A DNA stretch of 40,710 nucleotides, from the UHGV virus genome UHGV-0247404. The stretch is one strand, 5' to 3'. How positions within the stretch are numbered: the first letter of the stretch is position 1; every line of letters starts with the position of its first letter. Source of the DNA: a virus. Below are positions 8,529 through 18,636 of the stretch, in pieces. Under the pieces are notes generated by a model, which worked only from the letters and a program-made list of their open reading frames with translations, did not search any database and was not told the origin of the DNA. The position numbers were made by a program, and so were the translations under genes.

Positions 8529-8993
8529 ATGAAAAGAATACTTGATGCTTGCTGTGGTAGCAGAATGTTTTGGTTTGATAAGCAAAACGAACAAGTTTTG
8601 TTTATGGACAACAGAGAACATTACGAAAAATTAGACAGTGGGCATGTTATCGATGTTAATCCTAATCTAGTTGCAGATTTTAGAAAGATGCCTTTTGAAG
8701 ATAACTCGTTTTATCATGTTGTATTTGATCCTCCGCATTTATTGAGGTGTGGTAATAACAGCTGGTTGGCTAAAAAATATGGCAAGCTAAACGAGAAAAC
8801 TTGGAAAGAAGATATACAAAAAGGTTTTCATGAGTGTATGAGGGTTTTGAAGCCCAATGGGACGTTAGTTTTTAAATGGAACGAGGAACAAATCAAGTTA
8901 TCTGAAATATTAAGCACAATTGATTGTGAGCCATTGTACGGCAATAAAAGAGCAAAAACACATTGGTTAGTATTTATGAAAGCGGGTGAATAA
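8529..8993 (+). CDS. small orphan DNA methyltransferase (N6-adenine/N4-cytosine type)
   Basis: Motif I ILDACCGSRMF and catalytic motif IV FDPPH; 154 aa; no adjacent restriction gene. Confidence 0.6.
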   Translation: MKRILDACCGSRMFWFDKQNEQVLFMDNREHYEKLDSGHVIDVNPNLVADFRKMPFEDNSFYHVVFDPPHLLRCGNNSWLAKKYGKLNEKTWKEDIQKGFHECMRVLKPNGTLVFKWNEEQIKLSEILSTIDCEPLYGNKRAKTHWLVFMKAGE

Positions 8994-8994
8994 G

Positions 8995-9315
8995 ATGAAT
9001 GAGCAAATAAATTTGCTTGAGTTAGATAATGATAAACTTTGGCAATTTTATGGGCATTATTGTAATGACGATTGGTCCGCTAAGACAGAGACCGTGAATG
9101 GTGTTACTGACATAGTGCTAGGTTTTAGAGTTAAACTATCGAAAAATGAGCTGAGAAAAATATGCAGAGATGCCATTGAAATAAGCAGAATTAAGTATGG
9201 ATATTCTGTCAGGTTTTTAACAAATAATGTAAAGAAAGAGCTGTTCGTTCGTTTTGACAACTACACCACTAGTAAAAAAAGAGATGTCTTTGAACATATA
9301 AATTTATATTTTTAA
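8995..9315 (+). CDS. hypothetical protein
   Basis: ORF track; ATG 8995 has better SD spacing than 8986. Confidence 0.35.
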   Translation: MNEQINLLELDNDKLWQFYGHYCNDDWSAKTETVNGVTDIVLGFRVKLSKNELRKICRDAIEISRIKYGYSVRFLTNNVKKELFVRFDNYTTSKKRDVFEHINLYF

Positions 9316-9335
9316 GCGGAAAGAGAGTAAAGAAG

Positions 9336-9746
9336 ATGATCCCAAAATTTAGAGCAAGAGATCAAAGAGGTAACTGGCATATTGGACTTCTAACTTTTAT
9401 GTTTGGCCAGTATGCCATCGTAAATGAATCAGATGAAAATTCGGTTTATCTGATTGATAAGGAAACAGTCGGACAATCAACAGGGTTGAAAGACAAGAAC
9501 GGCGTTGAAATTTTTGAGGGGGATATTTTGAAAATAATAGAAGTAACAAATGAAGGTATTTCAGAATACATCACTGATGTTATTTGGGAAGACTGTTCAT
9601 TCGTGTTTAAAAGTGAGGGTGTAGATTACTATGACTCTTTTTTAGGGGCATTTTCAGGAGATCCAAATAAGACATACCCACTTTTTGAACTATTAGTCAT
9701 CGGAAATGTATGGGATAACTCAAAACTATTGGAGGAAGCGGAATGA
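9336..9746 (+). CDS. YopX-family protein
   Basis: Conserved GLKDKNGVEIFEGDIL motif typical of YopX. Confidence 0.55.
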   Translation: MIPKFRARDQRGNWHIGLLTFMFGQYAIVNESDENSVYLIDKETVGQSTGLKDKNGVEIFEGDILKIIEVTNEGISEYITDVIWEDCSFVFKSEGVDYYDSFLGAFSGDPNKTYPLFELLVIGNVWDNSKLLEEAE

Positions 9747-9910
9747 AACGATTAAAAATAAGCTATATAGATTTAGCTGTAATAATTGAAAGCATCTATT
9801 ACGGAGAAGATGAAGATGTTTCTGATATTGAGGACTTATTGAAATATTTGCGTAATAACGGACATCTGTCTACTGTTTTAACAGTTTCAAGGGGGATTAG
9901 CGATGAATAA
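9743..9910 (+). CDS. small hypothetical protein (55 aa)
   Basis: ATG 9743 overlapping previous stop; below track threshold. Confidence 0.3.
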   Translation: MKRLKISYIDLAVIIESIYYGEDEDVSDIEDLLKYLRNNGHLSTVLTVSRGISDE

Positions 9911-10640
9911 ACAAGAATTGATTGAAAGAATAGATAGCAAAATGTTCGCATATCCCTCGATAGAGCCAGAAACAGAAGATGACACAACAGTAGAGTTTAA
10001 AAAAGGTTTTAACTGTGCATGTGAAAATATTAAACGTTTAGCAGATCAGAAACTAGACGAACCAGAAAAAGTAGTGGTGCCGAAGTTCGTTGCGAAAAAA
10101 ATTGAATCATACGGTTCTGCGCTTGAAATGTTGGCAAATGAGTATTTTGACCAATCATCTGAAGAAGTTGACAGTGATGAGTTGGCGTGTTGGATCGATG
10201 GAAATGCTGATTTGTTTTTTAATGCTTGGGTTTGCGGCTACGAAGTCGAGAAAGAGCAATTGTATTGGGCGGTCAGAGGTGTTACAGATTATTTTAGATG
10301 CGACGAGAAAATTATTGTTTTTAAAAAGGAAGAAGAAGCGTTGGAAGTTGCTAATCTCATTGGTATAAATACAGAAGTTAAAAAAATGGATAGTATCGAT
10401 TGCTCAGAATGCATATCAATTGAAGAGTTAAGGAATGAAAATGAAGAACCTCTATTTTATGTTGCTTTACCAAAAATCGGTGACACAGAGTTTTGTTATC
10501 TTTGGACTGATACCGATGGAGCTGTATATACACAAGGCAATAAAGGGTTATGCATCGGAAGACTGAAACATACAGAACAAGAAATCAAAGCAATTGACGA
10601 GCGCTATTGGCCGTTTGCTGTGAAGGTGGATGGTGAATAA
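9903..10640 (+). CDS. hypothetical acidic protein
   Basis: ORF track; overlapping start/stop with neighbours. Confidence 0.45.
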   Translation: MNKQELIERIDSKMFAYPSIEPETEDDTTVEFKKGFNCACENIKRLADQKLDEPEKVVVPKFVAKKIESYGSALEMLANEYFDQSSEEVDSDELACWIDGNADLFFNAWVCGYEVEKEQLYWAVRGVTDYFRCDEKIIVFKKEEEALEVANLIGINTEVKKMDSIDCSECISIEELRNENEEPLFYVALPKIGDTEFCYLWTDTDGAVYTQGNKGLCIGRLKHTEQEIKAIDERYWPFAVKVDGE

Positions 10641-10862
10641 ATGAAATACCAGGTTAGCTGGGAAAACAAATTAACAAACGAAATAAATATACATGGAACG
10701 TTCGAGACATTGCAAGACGCCTTACAATCAATTTATGATTGGTGGGACAAAAATGAATTTACTCCACGTTACATTCGGCACTGGAACACTGGAAATCGTG
10801 CGACTATTGATTACGGAAGTCACCACATGTTTTATTATATTTCGGAAGTAGAGGATGAATAA
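10641..10862 (+). CDS. hypothetical protein
   Basis: ORF track, ATG immediately after previous stop. Confidence 0.4.
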   Translation: MKYQVSWENKLTNEINIHGTFETLQDALQSIYDWWDKNEFTPRYIRHWNTGNRATIDYGSHHMFYYISEVEDE

Positions 10863-11054
10863 ATGGAAGATATCTTAATTATACTAGCTTTAGCACTTTA
10901 CTTTTTGTTAGGCTACATTGTTGGTGAACGTAAATATCTTAAAGTGATGAGAGCTGCAATTAAATACGAATTGAAATTACCTACAAGTGACTATCAAAAA
11001 GGATGGCTTGATTGTTTATATTTCATTCTTAACAGTAACAGAAAGGACAGATAG
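10863..11054 (+). CDS. small membrane protein
   Basis: ILIILALALYFLLGYIV hydrophobic helix. Confidence 0.35.
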   Translation: MEDILIILALALYFLLGYIVGERKYLKVMRAAIKYELKLPTSDYQKGWLDCLYFILNSNRKDR

Positions 11055-11228
11055 ATGAAAACAGCTGAAGAAGAAATCAATGAATTAATCAGCAAATACA
11101 ATTTTGATTTAGCGGTTTTAAAGGATATTAACTATAGATTATCTTGCTGTAGAGAGGAAGCATATGTCAGACAGCAATTGCGATATCTAAAGAATCAAAT
11201 CATTATGGGATTTGCGACTGAAAAATAA
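11055..11228 (+). CDS. small hypothetical protein (57 aa)
   Basis: ATG 11055 after SD aaaggacag; MKTAEEEINELISKYNF...; not in track. Confidence 0.3.
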   Translation: MKTAEEEINELISKYNFDLAVLKDINYRLSCCREEAYVRQQLRYLKNQIIMGFATEK

Positions 11229-11250
11229 AAAAAGAGAGCTGAACACACAA

Positions 11251-13476
11251 ATGGAAAACAAGTTAGATTTAATTGAATTACTAGAATACATTGACCCAGC
11301 TTCTCTTGGTTACCAGGAGTGGGTCAATGTTGGAATGGCGCTAAAACAGGAAGGATACACAGCTGTCGATTGGGATCAATGGAGTCAATCAGATAGCCGA
11401 TATCATTCAGGAGAATGTTTTAAAAAATGGGAGTCTTTTCAAGGAACTTCTTCACCAATTACTGGTGCTACAATTACACAGTTGGCCAAAGAAAACGGAT
11501 GGACTTCGCCATTCAAATCAGGAGATGGTGGTCATGAGCTGGATTGGAATGATACTTTACAAAAAGATGACCTGGTTATCATTGACCGAAATTGGATTGA
11601 AGGAAAAGAAATTCAGGAACCTAAGAAGTGGGAGCCAGCGAAAGAAATTATTCGCTATTTAGAAACATTGTTTGAACCGTCTGAAACAGTGGCTTACAAT
11701 GTCCAGTCGTGGCAAGACGAAGATGGAAAGTGGAAACCTTCTAACAAAGGTGCATATGATAGAACTGCCGGTCAGTTAATCGAAGAATTGACCCATTGCG
11801 GGGATGACATTGGAGCAGTACTAGGGGACTATAATGAAGAAGCTGGGGCTTGGATTCGTTTTAATCCTATGGATGGAAAAGGCGTAAAAAATGACAATGT
11901 AACAGAATTTAGATATGCATTAGTAGAGTCTGACAATATGGGGCTTGAACAACAAAATGCTATCATGCGAGAACTAGAGCTTCCTATTGCTGCCATGCTG
12001 TATAGTGGAAAAAAATCAATACATGCTATCGTTCGAGTAGATGCAGATAACTATGCTGAATATAGAAAGCGTGTTGATTACTTATATGATGTCTGCAAAA
12101 AGAATGGGTTAACGAATGATAATCAAAATAGAAATCCTTCTCGTTTAAGCAGAATGCCTGGGGTACTGCGTGGAGACAAAAAACAATTTATCATCGATAC
12201 CAATTTAGGGAAATCTACTTGGGACGAGTGGAAAGAATGGATTGAAAGCGTTAATGACGATTTGCCTGATCCAGAAAGCCTAGAAGATTTGTTCGCAAAA
12301 CCAATTGAATTAGCACCAGAACTAATTAAAGGAATGCTAAGACAAGGTCATAAGATGCTTATAGCTGGTCCATCAAAAGCCGGAAAGTCTTTTTCGTTGA
12401 TACAATTAGCTATTGCAATTGCTGAGGGTCGCCAATGGTTCGGTTTTGATTGCGAAAAAGGAAAGGTATTATATGTAAACCTTGAGTTAGATGAACGGTC
12501 CGCAAAAGTTCGTTTTGTTGACATCTATGAAAAATTAGGTCAGGGCCACTCCAATGTATCAAATATTGATATATGGAATTTACGTGGGAAGACAAGTCCA
12601 ATGGATAAATTGGCGCCTAAGTTGATTAGACGTGCACAGAAATCTAATTACATGGCTGTGATTATTGATCCAATCTATAAAGTTCTGACTGGTGATGAAA
12701 ATAGCGCCCATGAAATGGCTAAGTTTACCAACCAGTTCGATAAAATAGCTACGGAATTAGATTGTGCAGTAATCTATTGCCATCATCATTCAAAAGGATC
12801 GCAAGGAGGTAAAAATTCAATTGATCGTTCAAGTGGTAGCGGAGTATTTGCCAGGGATCCCGATGCGATTTTAGATTTAATCGAGTTGCCTATTACAGAA
12901 GATAGGTATATGGCTTTAGAGAATGAAGCAATTTGTCAAACTTATGAACAAGCAATAAAAAAATATAATCCATCATATAACGCCATTAGCCAAGATGATG
13001 TGTTTAGTACAAAACAAATGGGAATGCACTTAATGAGTGCAATTAAATCTCAAGCTATTTTACAGGAAGTTGAATCAGAGAGACAAAAAGCAGTTCGTGC
13101 AGCTCGACAATGCACGGCTTGGAGAATTGATGGCACGCTGCGGGAATTCCCTAAGTTTGATCCTATCAATGCATGGTTCAAATATCCTATTCATGTCCTC
13201 GACGATTCATTGAAAGATATTTCGCTAGAAGACAATCCTAAAGAAAACTGGAAAAAAGGTGTTAGTAAGTCTAATCAATCAAGAAGTGAAAAATCTAAGC
13301 AAGAGCTAGAAACAGCGTTCAGTGCATTGTCTATGGATGGTGGACCAGTAGAAGTTAGTCAGGTTGCAGAATACTTAGATATCGACAAAAGGTCAGTATA
13401 TCCGAAAGTAAAAAAACACAATGGCTTTAAAATTGATGGAGGATACATTCAGAAATTAGAGAACATTTCAAATTAA
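11251..13476 (+). CDS. bifunctional DNA primase-polymerase/helicase (PriCT_1 + prim-pol + RecA-like AAA_25 helicase domain)
   Basis: N-term W..V..AL...G...W..S....C..KW.SF PriCT_1-like motif. Walker A LIAGPSKAGKSF. Walker B VIIDPIY. Track start 11212 is TTG; ATG 11251 preferred. Confidence 0.7.
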   Translation: MENKLDLIELLEYIDPASLGYQEWVNVGMALKQEGYTAVDWDQWSQSDSRYHSGECFKKWESFQGTSSPITGATITQLAKENGWTSPFKSGDGGHELDWNDTLQKDDLVIIDRNWIEGKEIQEPKKWEPAKEIIRYLETLFEPSETVAYNVQSWQDEDGKWKPSNKGAYDRTAGQLIEELTHCGDDIGAVLGDYNEEAGAWIRFNPMDGKGVKNDNVTEFRYALVESDNMGLEQQNAIMRELELPIAAMLYSGKKSIHAIVRVDADNYAEYRKRVDYLYDVCKKNGLTNDNQNRNPSRLSRMPGVLRGDKKQFIIDTNLGKSTWDEWKEWIESVNDDLPDPESLEDLFAKPIELAPELIKGMLRQGHKMLIAGPSKAGKSFSLIQLAIAIAEGRQWFGFDCEKGKVLYVNLELDERSAKVRFVDIYEKLGQGHSNVSNIDIWNLRGKTSPMDKLAPKLIRRAQKSNYMAVIIDPIYKVLTGDENSAHEMAKFTNQFDKIATELDCAVIYCHHHSKGSQGGKNSIDRSSGSGVFARDPDAILDLIELPITEDRYMALENEAICQTYEQAIKKYNPSYNAISQDDVFSTKQMGMHLMSAIKSQAILQEVESERQKAVRAARQCTAWRIDGTLREFPKFDPINAWFKYPIHVLDDSLKDISLEDNPKENWKKGVSKSNQSRSEKSKQELETAFSALSMDGGPVEVSQVAEYLDIDKRSVYPKVKKHNGFKIDGGYIQKLENISN

Positions 13477-13640
13477 TAAGCATATAGCCTATTAATAGCT
13501 TATTAATAAAAGGTATCCGTCTATAAGCTAAATAGCCTATGAAAGCTTATTAACGGATTAAAACATTGTTATACCGCTGTCCGCCACCCTTATCAATAGC
13601 TCCCTTCCAGGGATAGCTATTGATAAAAGGGTGGAGCGTG
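13464..13640. repeat. ori-like region: inverted repeat TTAATAAGC/GCTTATTAA, two iteron-like direct repeats (ATAGCCTAT-NAA-AGCTTATTAA) and a ~51-nt near-perfect hairpin (13584-13634)
   Basis: Read directly; lies immediately downstream of the primase-helicase gene in an AT-rich non-coding stretch. Confidence 0.45.
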
Positions 13641-13711
13641 ACAAAAATAGAATTTGAAAGAATGAAAAATATTGGACTATACCAAAATAAAATAACAAGA
13701 AATGAGGCTAT

Positions 13712-13906
13712 GTGATGGATGAATTTTTAGAAATCTATCGTCAATTAGGACAAAAAAATAAAATATTCGTTGAAATTCTATTCTATGCATATATTGTTTT
13801 TGGCACTCAAAATAAATCAATGATTGAAGTTGCTAAAAGTAACAGGAAGACTGTCAATGGAAAAAGGACGGTCAAATATGAAATTGAGGTGATGCTTGAT
13901 GATTGA
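13712..13906 (+). CDS. hypothetical protein
   Basis: ORF track. Confidence 0.3.
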   Translation: MMDEFLEIYRQLGQKNKIFVEILFYAYIVFGTQNKSMIEVAKSNRKTVNGKRTVKYEIEVMLDD

Positions 13907-14294
13907 ATTTTTTCTAAACATAATTCCGCCAGAAACTACCCATCAGCAGAAGAAAGTCCATGTGGTGAAAAACAAGCCAGTATTTTATGAGCCAGACGAT
14001 TTGAAAAAGGCACGTGCTAAGTTGATGGCTCACTTATCGAAACATGTACCGAATGAAAAATTTGAGGTGCCTGTTCGGATGATGGTGAAGTGGTGTTTCC
14101 CAGTTGTGGGCAATCATAGTAATGGTGAGTACAAATATACAAAACCCGACTTAGATAATAGTAATAAGCTGTTGCAAGACTGTATGACAAAACTGAATTT
14201 CTGGAAAGATGACAGCTATGTTGTCAGTTTAATCACTGAAAAGTTTTGGGCAGATGTTCCAGGGATTTATATCAAAGTGGAGGCGATTGAATGA
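13899..14294 (+). CDS. rusA: RusA-family Holliday junction resolvase
   Basis: SD gaggtga then ATG 13899; conserved PDLDNSNKLLQDCM...WKDDSYV matches the RusA D-x-D-N-x-x-K...DD motif. Confidence 0.6.
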   Translation: MIEFFLNIIPPETTHQQKKVHVVKNKPVFYEPDDLKKARAKLMAHLSKHVPNEKFEVPVRMMVKWCFPVVGNHSNGEYKYTKPDLDNSNKLLQDCMTKLNFWKDDSYVVSLITEKFWADVPGIYIKVEAIE

Positions 14295-14524
14295 ATTGGT
14301 CCAATGTATTTATAGATATTCAACAATGGATGGCTGATTCTAACCATATATCTAAAAAATATCCAATCACTTCAGATAAATATTGGGATTGGTTAATACA
14401 GTCAATCGGAGAATTAGGAAATCGCTATAACAATCATCCAGTTGTATTAGCATTCTTAACGGTATTGATCAAAATTCAAGAAGATAGTTATAAACAGGTT
14501 GTGGGAGGTAATGCCAATGGCTGA
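14291..14524 (+). CDS. hypothetical protein
   Basis: ORF track. Confidence 0.35.
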   Translation: MNWSNVFIDIQQWMADSNHISKKYPITSDKYWDWLIQSIGELGNRYNNHPVVLAFLTVLIKIQEDSYKQVVGGNANG

Positions 14525-15050
14525 AGGACTAAGCAAGCATCAAATTGAGATTATCACAGCTAAAGTTCTTGAAATTCAAGAAAAGAAAAAGAAAGAAACA
14601 AAAAGAGAAAAAAGAGACTGGAAATTAAGAAATACAAATTTACTATTGAAAAATTATCGTATGTTAAAAAAACATTGCGATAGCATTGTTCCGACTATTC
14701 AAGATTACGAAATAAGCGTATTTGATTCAGAAGCTTTAAACTTAGATACATTAATGAAATATAAAGCTCGGACAAAAGAAATGCTTGATTATTTTGATTT
14801 AATGTTTTCGTCCTACAATAATTATTGCAGAAGTAATGGCGATGCAGCGGAGAGAAGATTCGATATTATAAAATCAGTTTATATAGAAGACGGTAATTTC
14901 AGAAAATCTAAATCAGAAATGGCCTCTTATTATGCTATCGATTTTCGAACGGTTGATCGAGATATCAAGAAAGCGACGGATGAGTTATCTATATTCTTGT
15001 ATGGAATCGATAGCTTGGATGATTTAGCAAATGTCTTAAAGTTGTCTTGA
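14517..15050 (+). CDS. ArpU/RinA-like late transcriptional activator (putative)
   Basis: SD gggagg then ATG 14517; about 175-aa basic protein immediately upstream of the terminase genes, followed by a terminator. Confidence 0.45.
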   Translation: MAEGLSKHQIEIITAKVLEIQEKKKKETKREKRDWKLRNTNLLLKNYRMLKKHCDSIVPTIQDYEISVFDSEALNLDTLMKYKARTKEMLDYFDLMFSSYNNYCRSNGDAAERRFDIIKSVYIEDGNFRKSKSEMASYYAIDFRTVDRDIKKATDELSIFLYGIDSLDDLANVLKLS

Positions 15051-15103
15051 ACATGCCCTATTCAAGATGTTACTATGGTAGCATGAAATAAATACGTAAA
15101 AAC

Positions 15104-15131
15104 AAAGACATCTCTTTCGAGGTGTCTTTTT
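15104..15131 (+). terminator. rho-independent terminator
   Basis: agacatctc-tttc-gaggtgtct followed by TTTTT. Confidence 0.55.
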
Positions 15132-15153
15132 GCATTGAAAGAAGGTGAATATC

Positions 15154-15699
15154 ATGGCTGAATCAAAGCAAAGCCAGTTGATTAATGAAATAGCTGATTT
15201 AGCATCAGATCTTATGAGTGAGTGGCCATCCACTCGAAATAAGCAAAAAGAATTCGTGTTAGCATATGTTTCAAATGGTTTTATCAATGGAACAGAGGCT
15301 GCAAAAAAAGCAGGGTATAGCGCTAAAACGGCAGGAACTATTGCTTCTAACTTATTAACAGGAATGAAAAAGTATGAACACATCCCTCCTGTTATTGAAG
15401 AACTGAAGAATGCTTATGATGAAAGAGCGATAGAATTATCTATTGCATCGGGAACTGAAGTTTTGCAATATCTCACTTCTGTAATGCGTGGATCTCAAAA
15501 AGAGCAAACTTTAATCGGTCTGGGTGAAGGGGCTCAAGGATTAACTGATATTGATGTTGGAGCCAAAGAAAGGCTAAAGGCTGCTGAACTACTGGGCAAA
15601 CGTCATGCGCTGTTCACTGATAAACAGGAGATTTCAGCGACTGTAAGAACAGATAAACTTGATAGTATCTTACAGCAATTAGGTGATGAAGATGACTGA
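15154..15699 (+). CDS. terS: terminase small subunit
   Basis: SD gaaggtga then ATG 15154; HTH-like N-terminus; directly precedes TerL with overlapping stop/start. Confidence 0.7.
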   Translation: MAESKQSQLINEIADLASDLMSEWPSTRNKQKEFVLAYVSNGFINGTEAAKKAGYSAKTAGTIASNLLTGMKKYEHIPPVIEELKNAYDERAIELSIASGTEVLQYLTSVMRGSQKEQTLIGLGEGAQGLTDIDVGAKERLKAAELLGKRHALFTDKQEISATVRTDKLDSILQQLGDEDD

Positions 15700-17080
15700 G
15701 TTGGTTTTGTCACCTAAGTATAAAAGATTTCTGAAATATGACACAGATGTTGAATTTCTCGAGGGGACCACAGCAGCCGGGAAGACCACTGTAGGTGCTG
15801 TAAAATTTCTTTTTAAAGTTGCTGAATCAGATAGGAAACTACACATCATTAGCGGTTTAGATTTAGGTACAATCGAAAAAAATATTATACAATCCGAATT
15901 GGGAATTATAGATATATTTGGAGATCTGGTAACCTACCATTCCAAAGGGAATAAAGATCATAGTTTACCACATTTAAAATATAAAACATCTAACGGTGAA
16001 AAAATAATCTATGTTCTTGGTTATGACAATAAAGCTCGTTGGAAAAAGGTTCTTGGTGGCCAATATGGTTGTTTGTACATTGATGAAATAAATATCGCAG
16101 ACATGGAATATGTACGAGAAATTTTTATGCGTGCCGATTATGTAATGGCCACTCTAAATCCAGATGATCCTGAATTACCAATTTATCATGAGTACATAAA
16201 CCATTCTAGGCCATTACCTGAGTATGAAAATGATGCACCTAGAGAGATTAATGATCAGTTGAACCAGTCTCCCAAAGCAGGATGGGTTCACTGGTTTTTT
16301 GGTTTTTCTCATAATGATGGATTAACTGAAAAAAAGAAACAGAAAATAATATCTGCTGTACCGACAGGAACTAAATTATATAAAAATAAAATTCTAGGTA
16401 TTAGAGGTCGAGCGGAAGGCCTTGTGTTCTCTAATTTCGAATACAAAAATAACGTGATTACAGAACAGAAAGCGATGAGTAAGAACTATGTTCATTTTTC
16501 TTGTGGCGTAGATACATCTTATTCAGCGCAATCGAATGATACAATTTCGTTTATATTTCAAGGAATCACAGATGTTGGAGAATTAGTGATACTCGAAGAA
16601 GAAGTTAAAAATAATAAAGACGAAAATATACCTTTTTCCCCAAGTGATGTAGCAGCTAATCTTATTCAATTTCTTGATAGGTGTAGAAAAAAGTGGGGCT
16701 TTTCTCGAATGGTCTATGTTGATAATGCCGATCAAGCTACTATTACAGAACTAAATAAGTTGAAACGACTTAAACCTAATGCATATACAATTGTTGGTTC
16801 TGATAAGCGTATGAAGATTATTGATCGTATTAATTTAATGTTAGGTTGGATTAATTCAGATGGAAAAGCCCCTATATACTTAGTCGTAGACACTTGTAAT
16901 GTCCACATACATGAGTTAAACACATACGCTTATGATGGAGATCAGCCAGAAGACAAGAACGACCATACTATAAACGCTAGTCAGTATGGGTTTTTACCGA
17001 TAAGAGAAAAAATAGGATACGCATACAAGAAATCTGATACAAAGAAAAAAATTAAGCGCATCAAAGAATTAGGATTATAA
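15692..17080 (+). CDS. terL: terminase large subunit (alt start 15686)
   Basis: Walker A GTTAAGKTT near N-terminus; 460-aa size; overlaps terS stop. Confidence 0.85.
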   Translation: MTELVLSPKYKRFLKYDTDVEFLEGTTAAGKTTVGAVKFLFKVAESDRKLHIISGLDLGTIEKNIIQSELGIIDIFGDLVTYHSKGNKDHSLPHLKYKTSNGEKIIYVLGYDNKARWKKVLGGQYGCLYIDEINIADMEYVREIFMRADYVMATLNPDDPELPIYHEYINHSRPLPEYENDAPREINDQLNQSPKAGWVHWFFGFSHNDGLTEKKKQKIISAVPTGTKLYKNKILGIRGRAEGLVFSNFEYKNNVITEQKAMSKNYVHFSCGVDTSYSAQSNDTISFIFQGITDVGELVILEEEVKNNKDENIPFSPSDVAANLIQFLDRCRKKWGFSRMVYVDNADQATITELNKLKRLKPNAYTIVGSDKRMKIIDRINLMLGWINSDGKAPIYLVVDTCNVHIHELNTYAYDGDQPEDKNDHTINASQYGFLPIREKIGYAYKKSDTKKKIKRIKELGL

Positions 17081-17093
17081 AGGAGGAGAAGCA

Positions 17094-18632
17094 ATGGAAA
17101 ATGAAGAAGTCCTAAAAGTTAATGAATTTGAACATGGATCGGACATCAGCTATTCAAGTGATGTGAATGAAAATTTTGTTAGCTTTGGCGTAGAATCCAA
17201 TATTCATTATAGATATAGCTCTGCGGATGAATTGTTGGAGAATGTTGATGTTTTAGCAAAAATGATTGCGCACCATAATGAACACCAAGTTCCACGTCTA
17301 CAGGTTTTGGATGATTATTATAAAGCAAAGAATACAAACATCATCAAAAATCGTCGACGTAAGGAAAAAGAAAAAGCAGACCATAGAGCTGCTCATAATT
17401 TTGGAAAAGTTCTTGCAACGTTTGATGTTGGATACAATACAGGCAATCCATTAAAAGTCCAAATTAATAATAAAGCTAGCCAAGAGGCCATTGATAATTT
17501 CAATCAAGATAATGACATTGATGGATTGAATGGAGAATTGTGGTTAGATATGGATAAATACGGTCGAGCTTATGAAATCATATATCGAGATGAAGATGAC
17601 GTTGATTATGTTGATCTATGCAATGTTTTTGAAACGTTTGTTGTTTATGATACAACGGTCAAGCGTAGACCAATACTTGCTGTTCGTTATCCTAAAACTA
17701 AATTTACTATAGATGCAGACAAACAGTATATTCAACCGATAATTTACACAAAAGACAAAATCATTACTTACGCTGAAACGACTCTTGCTACGATTAAACT
17801 AAGTGATCCAAAAGAGGATTCGCATGATTACAAAGAAGTTCAGATAACTGAGTTCTCTCCTAATCGTTTTAGAATGGGATTGTATGAAGATATTTTATCT
17901 CAAATCGATTTGTATGATGCTGGACAGTCTGACACTGCTAATTACATGACGGATTTAAACGATGCGCTGTTAGTGATTAGTGGAGATATCGAAGCAGCGG
18001 GTCTATCGACCGAAGATGCTATTAAGCAAAAAGAAGCGAACATGCTTTTACTTGAATCTGGTACAGATATCAACGGTAACAAGACCTCAGTGAATGCTAG
18101 CTACATCTATAAACAATACGATGTAAACGGCGTTGAAGCTTACAAAGAACGAGTGAGGAAAGGGATACATGAAATATCTATGATTCCAGATTTAACAGAT
18201 ACAAATTTTTCTGGTGTTCAATCAGGAGAAGCAATGAAGTATAAAATGTTTGGTTTCAATCAAATGACGGCAGTAAAGCAAAGACTATTTAAAAAAAGTC
18301 TTGTGCGGCGCTATCGTCTTTTATTTAATCTGAAATCAAGTGTTTCTGAGATTGATAACTCCGATTTAAAAGGATTGCGAATTATCTTTACTCCTAATCT
18401 TCCGAAAGCAATTCTAGAAGAATTAAAAACATTGATTGACTCTGGAGCGGAGTTAAGCCAAGAAACAATTTTAGGTCTAGCTTCGTTTGTTGATGATGTT
18501 CAAGCTGAATTAGAACGTGTAAAAAATGAAAATAAACCATTAGATATTACTGATGAAGAAGTAGCCAAAACGAAAGTAAATCAGGCAAAATTTTTAGCTA
18601 AACAATCGGAAAAGGAAACCGAGGAGGAATGA
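17094..18632 (+). CDS. portal protein
   Basis: 512-aa ORF directly after TerL with strong SD aaggagga; acidic C-terminus. Confidence 0.6.
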   Translation: MENEEVLKVNEFEHGSDISYSSDVNENFVSFGVESNIHYRYSSADELLENVDVLAKMIAHHNEHQVPRLQVLDDYYKAKNTNIIKNRRRKEKEKADHRAAHNFGKVLATFDVGYNTGNPLKVQINNKASQEAIDNFNQDNDIDGLNGELWLDMDKYGRAYEIIYRDEDDVDYVDLCNVFETFVVYDTTVKRRPILAVRYPKTKFTIDADKQYIQPIIYTKDKIITYAETTLATIKLSDPKEDSHDYKEVQITEFSPNRFRMGLYEDILSQIDLYDAGQSDTANYMTDLNDALLVISGDIEAAGLSTEDAIKQKEANMLLLESGTDINGNKTSVNASYIYKQYDVNGVEAYKERVRKGIHEISMIPDLTDTNFSGVQSGEAMKYKMFGFNQMTAVKQRLFKKSLVRRYRLLFNLKSSVSEIDNSDLKGLRIIFTPNLPKAILEELKTLIDSGAELSQETILGLASFVDDVQAELERVKNENKPLDITDEEVAKTKVNQAKFLAKQSEKETEEE

Positions 18633-18636
18633 TTGA

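Noticed and set aside
10090-10368. 92-aa plus-strand ORF inside 9903..10640
   Set aside because: Alternate frame within a longer ORF; no SD.
11212-11250. TTG start for primase-helicase given by the ORF track
   Set aside because: Overlaps the preceding small gene; ATG 11251 is the more plausible initiation codon.
15036-15383. 115-aa minus-strand ORF overlapping terS
   Set aside because: Antisense to terS and the ArpU-like terminator region; no signals.
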